Below, in pieces: positions 18,049-28,748 of a stretch of DNA of 64,000 nt (within the stretch, counting starts at the first letter, position 1; each line of letters starts with the position of its first letter). The DNA comes from a virus (taxonomy: Duplodnaviria > Caudoviricetes), in IMG/VR virus record IMGVR_UViG_3300011989_000010, positions 1-64,000 of that record; one strand, written 5' to 3'. The position numbers were made by a program, and so were the translations under genes. Under the pieces are notes generated by a model. It was not told where the DNA came from. It saw only the letters and a list, made by a program, of their open reading frames with translations, and ran no database searches.

Positions 18049-20202
18049 ATGAAGAAGATTATTTTATCAGAAAATAAGTTAAATATTATAAAGGAAAACA
18101 TAAACGACATTATGGCGAATAAGTTGCCTGAGTATGTTTATAAATCAGTCAAGAAACATAACACTTCCTTGGGTGATTGTCCTGCATTTCCACCTTCTCA
18201 TGATTATGATTTTGATTATAAGGTTTTAAAAAGAAGATATGCTGAAATCATTGATGAAATGAATTCTTATGGGCTACCTTTAGATGAGGTAAAGGCTGAG
18301 AATCTTCTTTCTAAATTAATGAGTGAGGCAATTAAAAAGGAGACACCAATACGGCCGCAACTTAATAAATTAACTGAAAATGTTGTTAATGAGTTATTTG
18401 CAGTTCCTGCTGAGACAGTTAATCTTACTTGCGAACTTAAGGATGAGATTGAAGCTAACAAGTCTTTAAGGATATTACCTGAAGATGATGTAAATGACAG
18501 TGACTCATATGTTTTCTCAGATGTAAGTGAAATAAACCAAGTTGATGATATTGTTAAGCAAAGACGTTTTGTTGATTCTTTGATACAGGGTTATGCTATG
18601 ATTGCCTCAAGATATGAAGATTTATATTCAGAGTATTTTGAAACACATGGATTTAGTGATTTATTGTCTCTTTATAACAAAATTAATGCTTTAAATGATT
18701 ACTTGGTGTTTGTCAAGAAAGAAAAAATTGATAAAAAGAATCCAAGTTTAATTTCATATGTTGGTGTACATTTAGGACACGGAAACAACAAGACTATAAT
18801 CAGATCACAAGGTTTAATTTTCCCTTATCTTTTAAGGGAAACTATCAGAGGATTCATGGAATTATTCTCTTCACATGGATTACCTGAAGATAATCAAAAG
18901 GCTCAAATGATAATCAAAAGAGCAGATTTCACAATGGCTGAACCTTGGGACATTCGTTTTGGAAAGACTTTATGGGAAATGATGTTTGGTAAAGATAAAA
19001 TAAAGCCAAATATGATACCATATTTCTTTGCTGATTTTTGCTCGTTAGATACATCTGAGTTCTTCGGTTTAAGTCAGGAACTTTTGGCTAAGACCAAGAA
19101 GGGTAAATCTTATATTGAAAAAACAATAAGTGATATTTCAAACAACATTGATTATCAAGCATTTTTAAAGAATATTCAACAAAAGAACGTAGATTCATCA
19201 ATGATTACTGATGGATATATGACTGCTGATGATTTGGATAATTATCAAATTTCAGAAGAAGATAACATCGAAGAAAATCAAGAGAATGAGTACCTTGATA
19301 AAACACACGGAATGCCTTTAAAACGATATTTGCAAGAACCAGAAGAACTTGCTGATGAATATTTAATTCAAGACTACGCATATGACATACCTGAATTCTT
19401 CAATAATGATAGAGATGCTATTATGGAGTTGTCTGATGAAGAATTGGATATGCTTGAAGCATATAAAAACAATCAGGCGGATGAAGACGATTTGTTAGAT
19501 ATTTTGGAAAATCATCCTGATATAAAAAAAGCATTTGGCCGTTTTTGCAGAGGCATAGCTCGTGAATATAATAGGGGTGCTCGTTATATATACGATTACA
19601 ATCAAGATGTGTATTCAAACAATCAGTGGCTTATACATTTCACCCCTGACCCTGCTGAGATTGCTATGAATGGCTTCACTAAGGGAACACAAGATGTGGA
19701 AGAACTTGGCGTAACACACGGAAGTCAAAGACATGAAGAAGGATATAATTTTGCATTTATTGCTGATAAGGCAACTAACGCAGAAGCAAGATATTACTTA
19801 GGGAATGACTGCTATGGTAGACTAGATGATAACGCAGGCGCAGTTATGTTTAAAGCTGATGGTGTTGAAGCGTATCACGGAGGTGATAATCAAGACCAAG
19901 TTATATTCTGGGGACCAAGTGCAAGAAACATCATACCTATATATCACGGAAACGTTGAAGAATTGTCTTATGTAAGTTGGGATTATGATGATATTGAAAA
20001 TCCTGATAAATTCTATAAAAATAGAGGTGACACCAACTGTTGGTATATTTTAGGCAAAAATAATAATCTACTATATTGTAATGAAAATATACGTAAAATT
20101 ATAACGTGGGTAAAGAACAATTATTTCCAATATCGTAATGAATTAATTAATTATACAAATGCGAAAAACGATTTTTGGAGACCACGAAGAAAAAATAGAT
20201 GA
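18049..20202 (+). CDS. Two-domain protein with MKKIILSE leader; C-terminal domain possibly ADP-ribosyltransferase-like
   Basis: 717 aa; C-terminal WLIHFT..GF..GYNFAF..VMFKAD..QDQVIFW pattern. Confidence 0.55.
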   Translation: MKKIILSENKLNIIKENINDIMANKLPEYVYKSVKKHNTSLGDCPAFPPSHDYDFDYKVLKRRYAEIIDEMNSYGLPLDEVKAENLLSKLMSEAIKKETPIRPQLNKLTENVVNELFAVPAETVNLTCELKDEIEANKSLRILPEDDVNDSDSYVFSDVSEINQVDDIVKQRRFVDSLIQGYAMIASRYEDLYSEYFETHGFSDLLSLYNKINALNDYLVFVKKEKIDKKNPSLISYVGVHLGHGNNKTIIRSQGLIFPYLLRETIRGFMELFSSHGLPEDNQKAQMIIKRADFTMAEPWDIRFGKTLWEMMFGKDKIKPNMIPYFFADFCSLDTSEFFGLSQELLAKTKKGKSYIEKTISDISNNIDYQAFLKNIQQKNVDSSMITDGYMTADDLDNYQISEEDNIEENQENEYLDKTHGMPLKRYLQEPEELADEYLIQDYAYDIPEFFNNDRDAIMELSDEELDMLEAYKNNQADEDDLLDILENHPDIKKAFGRFCRGIAREYNRGARYIYDYNQDVYSNNQWLIHFTPDPAEIAMNGFTKGTQDVEELGVTHGSQRHEEGYNFAFIADKATNAEARYYLGNDCYGRLDDNAGAVMFKADGVEAYHGGDNQDQVIFWGPSARNIIPIYHGNVEELSYVSWDYDDIENPDKFYKNRGDTNCWYILGKNNNLLYCNENIRKIITWVKNNYFQYRNELINYTNAKNDFWRPRRKNR

Positions 20203-22088
20203 CTATGATTATAGATGCTAACGAAATGGCGGCTGAGTACATCAAATCTTATCAAGACAAATCAAGAATTTATTTTATTGAGAAGTATTTGAGTACGTTC
20301 AACGCAGCAGTAGGAAAGAAAACACCTTTCATTTGTTTTCCACGTCAGAAAGTTTTTCTGAGAACATTGGCAAAGGTGAGAAACATTGTTTCAATTAAAC
20401 CTCGTCAGTGTGGCATCACAACTTTGACAAGCGCATGGGCAACTGCTCAGTGTGTGTTTGCACCTGAGGATGCTCCTGAAACTATACTTTGTGTAGGTAA
20501 CAAACTTGATCTTGCTAATCAGTTGATTACAAAGATACGTGACTTCCTCACACAAGTACCAAGATGGTATTGGGGTGATGACTACTATTCACCAGACCCT
20601 AAATCAGATAAAAACATTAAATCTATCTTCATCAAAGATAGTAAATCAGAACTTGAGTTATTCAACGGATGCAGAATTGTAGCACGTTCATCAGGTGAAA
20701 ATGCAGCCCGTGGTATCTCAGCAGTATCAATTCTTATTCTTGATGAGGCAGGGTTTATTGAGAATGGTAAGGCAGTTTATGCCACTTGTGCGGCTTGTAT
20801 GGCTTCAAACCCTAACTCAAAGACTGTAATGGTGTCAACGCCAAATGGACACGATGAACTTTACTACAACACCTATAAGCAGGCTTTAGCGCACGAGAAT
20901 AACTTTACCGCAGTTCAGTTTAGATGGTATCAAGACCCTCGTTATAACAAGAATCTTAAATGGTTTAAAAAAGGTAAGGATAGCGAAAAGGTTAAGTGGT
21001 TTTATGAGCCGACACTTGATGCTGAAGGTACTGTGAAGTACGATGAGGAGCATTGGGAAAAAATGGTACAGGATGGTTGGACTCCACGTTCTCCTTGGTA
21101 CGATGAAATGTGTAAGTCTTTCAACAACGACTCTATGAAAATTGCTCAGGAGTTGGATGTGTCATTCCAAGGTTCTGCTAACAACGTTGTTGCGCCTGAA
21201 TTCATTGAGCAACAAAGCAATTTGAATGTAAGAGAGCCTTTAAGTGATTTTAAAGACCCAATGAACGATGAAACTTGGTTCTGGAAGAGACCAATTGACG
21301 GACATAGGTATATTCTGGGATGTGATCCTTCCCGTGGAGTTTCAGCCGATAGGACTGCAATTGAAATCATTGATATGGATGGTGAGGATGAAAATGGCTT
21401 GCCTATTATTGAGCAGGTAGGTGAATACGTAGGCAAAAAACTTGGTGATGATATTGGTGGTATGGTATATCAATATGCGAACCTTTATAATGAGGCTTAT
21501 GTGGTAGTCGATTGCACAGGTGGTCAAGGTGATGCCCTAATTCTTACTATGATTCAATTGGGATATAAGAATTTCTATTATGAGGATGGAAATCAGAAAA
21601 CATATACCGTTCAGAATCAGTCAGATAAACCTTTGAATTTTTCTGATAGACTACCAGGTTTCCACTTCCAAGGAAATAGATACCCTGTACTTGCAAGTTT
21701 TGCAGGTATGGTGCGTTCAAATGAGTTTAAAATTCGTTCAACACGTGTAATAAACGAACTTGATACTTGGATTTTTGAAGGCGAGACAGGTAGAATGAAC
21801 CATCAGGAAGGTTCTCACGATGATACAATTTGTGCGCTTGCTATGGCTTTATTCGTAATGCGTTATACTTATAACAAATTAGAGGAATCAAAACATAAAG
21901 ACCAAGCAATTCTCAATGCTTATATGATGGGTGGGGCTATCAGTGCCAATAGAAATAGAATTAAAGATGACAAGCCAATCACACCAAAGGGTGGCTTACC
22001 TTTCTACAATGAAAAAATATTGTCAAAAACTAACAATGGCTTAAATAATCAAGGAGCATATCTTTGGTTGTTCTCAGGAATGTATTAA
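20199..22088 (+). CDS. terL: Terminase large subunit (T4 gp17-like)
   Basis: KPRQCGITT (Walker A), ILILDEAGFIE (Walker B), VSTPNG (motif III), RNase H-like ILGCDPSRG and HDDTICALA. Confidence 0.93.
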   Translation: MTMIIDANEMAAEYIKSYQDKSRIYFIEKYLSTFNAAVGKKTPFICFPRQKVFLRTLAKVRNIVSIKPRQCGITTLTSAWATAQCVFAPEDAPETILCVGNKLDLANQLITKIRDFLTQVPRWYWGDDYYSPDPKSDKNIKSIFIKDSKSELELFNGCRIVARSSGENAARGISAVSILILDEAGFIENGKAVYATCAACMASNPNSKTVMVSTPNGHDELYYNTYKQALAHENNFTAVQFRWYQDPRYNKNLKWFKKGKDSEKVKWFYEPTLDAEGTVKYDEEHWEKMVQDGWTPRSPWYDEMCKSFNNDSMKIAQELDVSFQGSANNVVAPEFIEQQSNLNVREPLSDFKDPMNDETWFWKRPIDGHRYILGCDPSRGVSADRTAIEIIDMDGEDENGLPIIEQVGEYVGKKLGDDIGGMVYQYANLYNEAYVVVDCTGGQGDALILTMIQLGYKNFYYEDGNQKTYTVQNQSDKPLNFSDRLPGFHFQGNRYPVLASFAGMVRSNEFKIRSTRVINELDTWIFEGETGRMNHQEGSHDDTICALAMALFVMRYTYNKLEESKHKDQAILNAYMMGGAISANRNRIKDDKPITPKGGLPFYNEKILSKTNNGLNNQGAYLWLFSGMY

Positions 22089-22108
22089 AAAAAAATAAAT
22101 AAAATAAT

Positions 22109-22141
22109 AAAGACTAATCAGTGATGGTTAGTCTTTTTTTG
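22109..22141 (+). terminator. Intrinsic terminator
   Basis: aaagactaatc...gttagtcttttttt. Confidence 0.7.
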
Positions 22142-22205
22142 TTGGCAGATATTTATTTTTAATAATAAATATTTATTTTTTTAAATATATAATTCATTAT
22201 TAATA

Positions 22206-25200
22206 ATGGCAAGAAAATACACAATTTTTCAGAACATAGATAGAGCCTTTAGTGGCAATTGGAATGCTGACGCATCATCACCACATATCAATTCATACGA
22301 TATGTCAACTGCTGACAAGAGTATTCTATACAGAACCACTAACAAAGATGATTATGAAAGTAAAAAGCTAGAACTTCAGCAGAATGCTTACTTAAAGGAT
22401 AGATGGGTAAAGGCTAATGTCGATTTGTCCGTAAGCGCTTATGCAGGGCTTAACAATGTTAAGTTAATGTATCGTGATGCTGATTTAATGGATGCATTCC
22501 CTGAGATTGGTGCAGCATTGGATATTGTTACAGAAGAGAGTACCATTACATCTGACAAGGGAATGATTGTTAATGTATATTCTAAATCTGATAGAATTAA
22601 ATCTATACTTGAAGACTTATTCGTTAATAGATTGAATATTCAAGTTACTGCGCCAATGGTTGTCAGGGCAATGTGCAAATATGGCAATCAGTTTATGCTT
22701 CTTGATATTGACAATAAGTTGGGTGTCAAGGGTTGGAAACAATTACCTGTTTTTAACGTTGAAAGAATTGAAAATGGTATTGCTAATCCTTATGGTGCTA
22801 TTACTACTCAGTACAATAATACAAACAATATTGATACTTCAACAAAGTTCATTTGGGTAAACGAAAACAATTCTCAAGTACCTTTCAGAAATTGGCAGAT
22901 TGCACACTTTAGATTGCTGACCAACTCATTGTATTTACCGTATGGTTGTTTGGTTGGTGATACAAGAATTGAAACAGAATTAGGCTATAAAGAAATACAA
23001 AATATACATATTGGTGATAAAGTTTGGACGTTTAATTTGGCAACTCAGCAAAGAGAGTTGTCAACAGTTACCATGCAAATGAATAAAGGCGAAAAAGATG
23101 TTTATTACGTAGGTACTAAACATCATTCAATAGAAGGAACATCTGACCATAAGTTGTTGATATTTGATAAATCTAATAAAAAATTTAAATATAAAGAGAT
23201 TAAAGATATTCAAACTGATGATTTATTGGTTACTTTTGATGGTGTTAAAAATGAGACAAAAAAAATAAAAATAGATAAATCTGATTTAAAAGATTTCGAG
23301 CACGGTAAAAAATCACTAAAATGGTGGGATGATTATATCAAATATATTCCTGAATACATTACAGAGGATTTTGCTAAACTTTTCGGTTTTATGCTTGGTG
23401 ATGGATGGGTAAGTCATTCTATGAATGTAATGTTTGCCCTTGGTGAGTACAACACTTTAAATGAAGAATATATAAAGTTGTTAGAAAAATATTCAGGTAA
23501 AAAGATTTCATTTCTTTCACAAAAAAAGAATTCTAATAAAAAGCTTAAATATCACACAGCTTTCGTAACATCTAAAATGTTGGCAACTATTTTAAAAAGA
23601 ATGGGTTTTTTAGGTGATTGTTATACAAAAAGAATACCTTCATGGGTTTTTGAAGCAAATGCTGAAATTAAAAAATCTTTCTTAAAAGGTTTAATTGATG
23701 CTGATGGGTCAATAAGTATAATATCTAAAGACAGTTTTGGGTATACTATTGAATTAGCTAATGAAGAATTGGTTAAAGATATTAAAACTCTTGTAATGTC
23801 TTTAGGGTTAAAATGTGGAAATGTACATAAAAGAGATAGATTAGGTGTTGTTTCAAAAAATAAAGATGGTGATAGTATAATTGTAAAACATTATAGTTAT
23901 TATATTAATTTTTGTAATAAAGAATTGCATCAAGTTAAAAGAATTACACCGCATATAGATTCCATTAAATTAGAAAAAATCAAAAATGTTAAACACATTG
24001 GCCAGAAAGAAACTTTTGACATTACTGTTGATAATGACAATTCTAATTTCTTTGCAAACGGTATTGTGACCCATAACTGTTCATATCTGAACGGGGCGAG
24101 ACGGCACTGGCGAATGCTAAGCCTCATGGAGGACTTAATGCTGATATATCGTCTTGAGCGTTCTATTGAAAGACGTGTCTATAAAATTTACGTTGGTGCA
24201 ATTGATGATGCCGATGTCCAAGCATACGTAGAAAACATTGCAAACAATTTTAAGAGGACACCTATTATAGATCCTATGACAGGGCAGCTAGATTTAAGGA
24301 AGAATATCCTTTCGTGCGATCAAGATATTTTTATTCCTGTACGTGACCAAAATGCACCTACACCTATTGATACTTTGTCAGCCGCTCAGAATTTGACTGC
24401 AATGGATGACATTAAGTTTGTTCAGGATAAGGTTTGCACTGCGTTGAGAATCCCTAAGACTTTCTTGAACTTTGAGGAAGCGCAAGGAAATGGAAATAAC
24501 CTTGCTTTGGAGGATATACGTTTCACACGTACAGTTAATAGAATTCAACAGGCTTTCTTGATGGAGTTGACAAAGGTTGCAAGTATTCACCTTTATCTTT
24601 TAGGCTTTACTGATGACCTTACAAACTTCAATCTTACGATGAACAACCCATCAACTCAGGCTGAACAACTTGAAATTGATAACCTTCAGAAGAAGATTAC
24701 TGCTGCACGTGATGCAATATCAGACCCAGGTAATGGTATTCCAATCATGTCTCAAACAAGGGCATTGAAGGAGATTATGAAATGGTCAGAAAAGGATATT
24801 AAAGATAACCTTGAAGAAATTCGTCTTGAAAAGGGTATCGCTGCCGAACTTGAAAAAACATCGCAAATCATCAAGAGAACTGGTTTATTTGATACCGTTG
24901 ATAGAATGTACGGAGAACCAGGTGCTGAATACCAAGATGATGTTCAGCAACAAGGAGACCAAATGGGCGGAGGAGGTCTCGGAGGAGGCGGAGGCGCTCC
25001 AATGGGCGGAGGTGACTTCGGTTCAGACCTTGATGACTTAGGTGCTCCTGATAGTGACGAGAATGGTGATATTGCAGGTGCTGAAGGCTCAGAACCAACT
25101 GCTGATATGGAAAGTGGTACTGACACAGGAGGTGGTGATGAGACAGAAGGTAATCCAATGGAATCACGTAGAGGCAGAAAGCCAATTCTTGCTGAAGCAA

Positions 25201-25427
25201 AACGAAAAATGTATAAAAAACTAATCAAAGAATCAGAACAAAAGGCTGACCAATTATTCTCACAATATCTAAAACGTTTGGATGAGGCAAACGAAAAGAA
25301 GAAACAGGAAACTTCAATTGAAAAGGCAGACATTTATGATAAATCATTAATGATTAATGAAGAGTTTAACAAAATGTTAAATGGACTTGATAAAAAGTTA
25401 AATGAAGATAACGAAAAGGCGGATTAA
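22206..25427 (+). CDS. Portal protein (T4 gp20-like) containing an intein
   Basis: FPEIGAALDIVTEE, IAHFRL, LSLMEDLMLIYRLERSIERRVYKIYVG, DIFIPVR, DDIKFVQDKVCTALRIP; gp20-like acidic tail. Confidence 0.92.
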   Translation: MARKYTIFQNIDRAFSGNWNADASSPHINSYDMSTADKSILYRTTNKDDYESKKLELQQNAYLKDRWVKANVDLSVSAYAGLNNVKLMYRDADLMDAFPEIGAALDIVTEESTITSDKGMIVNVYSKSDRIKSILEDLFVNRLNIQVTAPMVVRAMCKYGNQFMLLDIDNKLGVKGWKQLPVFNVERIENGIANPYGAITTQYNNTNNIDTSTKFIWVNENNSQVPFRNWQIAHFRLLTNSLYLPYGCLVGDTRIETELGYKEIQNIHIGDKVWTFNLATQQRELSTVTMQMNKGEKDVYYVGTKHHSIEGTSDHKLLIFDKSNKKFKYKEIKDIQTDDLLVTFDGVKNETKKIKIDKSDLKDFEHGKKSLKWWDDYIKYIPEYITEDFAKLFGFMLGDGWVSHSMNVMFALGEYNTLNEEYIKLLEKYSGKKISFLSQKKNSNKKLKYHTAFVTSKMLATILKRMGFLGDCYTKRIPSWVFEANAEIKKSFLKGLIDADGSISIISKDSFGYTIELANEELVKDIKTLVMSLGLKCGNVHKRDRLGVVSKNKDGDSIIVKHYSYYINFCNKELHQVKRITPHIDSIKLEKIKNVKHIGQKETFDITVDNDNSNFFANGIVTHNCSYLNGARRHWRMLSLMEDLMLIYRLERSIERRVYKIYVGAIDDADVQAYVENIANNFKRTPIIDPMTGQLDLRKNILSCDQDIFIPVRDQNAPTPIDTLSAAQNLTAMDDIKFVQDKVCTALRIPKTFLNFEEAQGNGNNLALEDIRFTRTVNRIQQAFLMELTKVASIHLYLLGFTDDLTNFNLTMNNPSTQAEQLEIDNLQKKITAARDAISDPGNGIPIMSQTRALKEIMKWSEKDIKDNLEEIRLEKGIAAELEKTSQIIKRTGLFDTVDRMYGEPGAEYQDDVQQQGDQMGGGGLGGGGGAPMGGGDFGSDLDDLGAPDSDENGDIAGAEGSEPTADMESGTDTGGGDETEGNPMESRRGRKPILAEAKRKMYKKLIKESEQKADQLFSQYLKRLDEANEKKKQETSIEKADIYDKSLMINEEFNKMLNGLDKKLNEDNEKAD
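22947..24077 (+). mobile_element. Contiguous intein (377 aa) with LAGLIDADG homing endonuclease in the portal gene
   Basis: LPYG|CLVGDTRIET...GTSDHKLL (block B)...FGFMLGDGW...FLKGLIDADG...TFDITV...NGIVTHN|C. Confidence 0.93.
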
Positions 25428-25444
25428 TCATCCGCCTTTTTTTA
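25415..25444 (+). terminator. Intrinsic terminator
   Basis: aaaaggcgga...tccgcctttttt. Confidence 0.7.
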
Positions 25445-25483
25445 TTAACAAGAAATATTTATTAAATAATAAAACGTTTTATA

Positions 25484-26431
25484 ATGGAAAATAATAGTAA
25501 ACAATTTCTTTCACAATTAGAGAAGGGCTATAAAGGTTTGGCTGCTGCGTTAAAGAAGAATGATGCAGAGATTGCTGATACTTGGTTTAGAAGGCTTCAG
25601 AAAGATTATGAGGAATACAAAAATGATATAGAGTATCAGGATAGTGTCACTAATTCAACTGTTGGCGAAATGGGTACAATGTTCGAGTCAGAACTTCCAA
25701 AACTTTTCGTTAAGAACAAAAGGGCAGTTGGAGAAATAACAAGACTTATCAAAGAGGATGCAAATATCAAGTCTCAGTTGCAGTTCTTTGAGGCAATGAA
25801 GAATTATGATGGTGTTGCTGATGCAAAAGAATATATTAAGGAATCAGTGGAGTTGGCTTCCAAAAATATCAATCTTAATACCTTGAAGGAATCTAATGAT
25901 AAGTTTGCTAAGTTAATTATTAAATATGGTGTTAAAGGTGAGGATGAAATTAATGAGAGCAAGAGTGCTTTTTTTAATGCAGGTACTTATCTTCTGACAC
26001 ATAAAAAGAAATTAAATAATCTTTCTCAGATTTCAGCAAATAGAAACATTGTGGAGTCATATATTAATGACCATAAGAAAACCATTCAGGAGGATAGAAT
26101 TAACATCAAGAAACTAACTGAGGATTTCGACAAGAAGATGGCTATGCTCAATGAGGATGAACGTGCTTTGGTTAATGACATTATCAATTCAAGGTCTTCA
26201 GTTGCTGAGAAGAGGCAGATTAAGTTCTTTAACGACTTGAAGGAAAAGTGTCTTGATAAGATTAACAGGATGATTACCGAATCAAGTGATGAGGATAGAG
26301 AAGGTTTGGAATCCATCAAGGAAGAGATTGCATCAATGCAGTATTGCAAGGAAACTATTATTAAAGATACTGCAAAATTGCTTGAAGTTGGTGCAGTTTT
26401 ATCTGATAATGATAACAAAAAGTTTTTTTAA
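25484..26431 (+). CDS. Putative prohead core/assembly protein (coiled-coil)
   Basis: 315-aa helical ORF directly after the portal; repeated I/L-x-E sites; TATTTAT at 25456-25462. Confidence 0.55.
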   Translation: MENNSKQFLSQLEKGYKGLAAALKKNDAEIADTWFRRLQKDYEEYKNDIEYQDSVTNSTVGEMGTMFESELPKLFVKNKRAVGEITRLIKEDANIKSQLQFFEAMKNYDGVADAKEYIKESVELASKNINLNTLKESNDKFAKLIIKYGVKGEDEINESKSAFFNAGTYLLTHKKKLNNLSQISANRNIVESYINDHKKTIQEDRINIKKLTEDFDKKMAMLNEDERALVNDIINSRSSVAEKRQIKFFNDLKEKCLDKINRMITESSDEDREGLESIKEEIASMQYCKETIIKDTAKLLEVGAVLSDNDNKKFF

Positions 26432-26516
26432 TTGAAAACTCAATAAATTCACTAAGTCTTTAGCTTATTGACGCTTTCATTATTTTTATTATTTTTTATA
26501 TAGAATGGCATAAATA

Positions 26517-26945
26517 ATGAAAAGATTAAATAAAGAATACATTTTAGATTTTTCTAATGATATTGACGTTAGATTTGGCTCAGTGAACAAGGATGACCCA
26601 AAAGTAATTTATCTTTCAGGTAAGTGTTGGGTATCACCTAAATTTGAAGACGATTATAGCAATATTTTTGAGACAATTAAAAGGGACTTTAAACATTCGA
26701 TTTCAACGTTCCTTTTTGGTAACAATTATTATTCAAGCAGATTTATTTTAGACTTTGACATTAATTGTGATGGGCTGAAAATGAATCAGAAAAAATTCTT
26801 GTCATTTAATATATTTTTTAGACAGGCAAATCAGCCACCTTGTAAATTAACTAATGAATCTTTATCAGATAATTTTTCAAGTTTGGTTAATTCTTTACTG
26901 AGGTCTTTAAGAGAAAATGAATTTTCGGTTTCTAAACATAAATAA
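26517..26945 (+). CDS. Hypothetical protein
   Basis: 142-aa ORF. Confidence 0.65.
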   Translation: MKRLNKEYILDFSNDIDVRFGSVNKDDPKVIYLSGKCWVSPKFEDDYSNIFETIKRDFKHSISTFLFGNNYYSSRFILDFDINCDGLKMNQKKFLSFNIFFRQANQPPCKLTNESLSDNFSSLVNSLLRSLRENEFSVSKHK

Positions 26946-26971
26946 GAACTATTTATAAGGAAAAATACATT

Positions 26972-27412
26972 ATGAAAAGGATTATAAGATTAACCGAAAG
27001 TGACTTGCATAGAATCATTGAAAATTCTATTAATACCGTATTAAATGAAATAGGTGATACAGACAGTGGTAAGGATGCCATTGCACAGGTACAGGGTAGA
27101 GCTGCTGCAAGAATAATGAAAGACCCTTCACATGCTGCCAAATATCAGAAAACATATAATGATGCTGAAAACAGACTTAAAGGTCAGAAAAACGGAAAAG
27201 GCTTCCAAAAAGGTTTTCAGAAAGGTATAAAAGAGGCAAAAAATGATGATATTGAAAACGGCATAGATAATGACTTTGACTTATATAATGATGACGGGAC
27301 ATATGATTATACTGAAACACCTGATTATGATTCATTGTATGGGGATATGAGTGATGATGATATGCAGCAGTATATGGATGATGCAGATGCTGACAGATTT
27401 ATAAACTTATAG
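26972..27412 (+). CDS. Hypothetical protein with MKRIIRLTESDLHRII leader
   Basis: Leader nearly identical to 43806-44141; its TAG stop overlaps the IS left boundary. Confidence 0.7.
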   Translation: MKRIIRLTESDLHRIIENSINTVLNEIGDTDSGKDAIAQVQGRAAARIMKDPSHAAKYQKTYNDAENRLKGQKNGKGFQKGFQKGIKEAKNDDIENGIDNDFDLYNDDGTYDYTETPDYDSLYGDMSDDDMQQYMDDADADRFINL

Positions 27413-28748
27413 CCAAGAAAACCCACAAGTCTTCAGGTTGTTGGATGAATTGGCTATTAATAAATATAATTTAAAAAATATAACTATATATTTATTTAAT
27501 TCATATTTTTTGTATATATTTGTATATATAAAATAACTTTTATGAGGTACAAGGCTTATAAATATAGAATTTATCCTAATAAGAAACAGCAGGAACTGAT
27601 AAACAAACATATCGGTTGCTGCCGCTATGTCTATAACCTTTGCCTTGAAAAGAAAATTAATGCTTATAAGACTTCGAAGAAAAGCATTTCATGCTTTGAA
27701 CTTATTAAACTACTTCCTGCTCTAAAGAAAGAGCAAGAAACGTCTTTCCTTAAAGAAGTAAACTCTCTATCACTTCAGGCTGCAATTCGTAACCTTGATA
27801 GTGCGTACCAAAGGTTCTTTAAGGAGAAGAAAGGTTTCCCAAAGTTCAAGTCAAAAAGGAATGCAAGGCAATCTTTTCAAATCGTACAGAATACTACTGT
27901 TGACTTTGACAAGAAGAAGGTTTATATTCCCAAATTTAAAGATGGCATTAAATGTAGATTTCATAGGTTCTTTGATGGGAAGATTAAAACTTCTACCATA
28001 TCAAGAACATCAACAGGTAGGTATTATATATCCATTTTAGTACAGTTTGATGAAGACAATCCAAGTAAGAAGCCCATTGACGAGAACAAAGCAGTGGGAA
28101 TCGACTTGGGCATCAAGACTTTTGCCACGCTATCCAATGGAGAAGAAATACCAAATCCAAAGAATTTAAAGAATGCATTGGTCAGACTGAAAAGACTTCA
28201 GAAAAGGTTATCAAAAAAGACCAAGGGTTCAAACAATCGTGATAAGGCAAGAAAGGTTCTTGCTTGTCAGTATGAAAGAGTGACCAATAGGAGAAATGAC
28301 TTCCTTGAAAAAGTCACTCATCAATTGGTTACAAATTACGATACCATTTGTTTGGAAACCTTGTCTGCAAGGAATATGATGAAAAATCATCATCTTGCGC
28401 AAGCCTTGTCAGATATTGCCATTGGTAGGTTTAATGAACTCATTGAGCAAAAAGCCGAATGGTACGGTGTAAACATCTTGCGTATTGGTAGATTTGAACC
28501 AAGTAGTAAGATGTGTTCCTGCGGCTATGTCTATAGAGATTTGAAGTTATCTCAACGTGTTTGGACTTGTCCAAATTGTGGAAGGACAAACCAGAGAGAC
28601 TTGCTTGCGGCCAACAACATAAAGGCCTTTGCATTCAATAAACGGCATAATACCGCAGGAACTGCGGAAATTCACGCTTGTGGAGATATGAACCTCAAAG
28701 AGGTTCAGCCCAAGAAGCCCATAAGTCTTTAGCTTATGGGTAGTTCAC
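27411..28748 (+). mobile_element. IS200/IS605-family (IS1341-type, tnpB-only) element
   Basis: Left hairpin atagccaa..cccacaagtcttcaggttgttgg..ttggctat after TTAT (27407-27410); right hairpin gcccataagtctttagcttatgggtagttcac; no tnpA in the window; left boundary inferred. Confidence 0.85.
27542..28732 (+). CDS. tnpB: TnpB RNA-guided endonuclease
   Basis: HTH MRYKAYKYRIYPN..GCCRYVYN; RuvC I GIDLG, RuvC II CLETL, Zn finger CSCG/CPNCG, RuvC III RDLLAANNI. Confidence 0.95.
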   Translation: MRYKAYKYRIYPNKKQQELINKHIGCCRYVYNLCLEKKINAYKTSKKSISCFELIKLLPALKKEQETSFLKEVNSLSLQAAIRNLDSAYQRFFKEKKGFPKFKSKRNARQSFQIVQNTTVDFDKKKVYIPKFKDGIKCRFHRFFDGKIKTSTISRTSTGRYYISILVQFDEDNPSKKPIDENKAVGIDLGIKTFATLSNGEEIPNPKNLKNALVRLKRLQKRLSKKTKGSNNRDKARKVLACQYERVTNRRNDFLEKVTHQLVTNYDTICLETLSARNMMKNHHLAQALSDIAIGRFNELIEQKAEWYGVNILRIGRFEPSSKMCSCGYVYRDLKLSQRVWTCPNCGRTNQRDLLAANNIKAFAFNKRHNTAGTAEIHACGDMNLKEVQPKKPISL

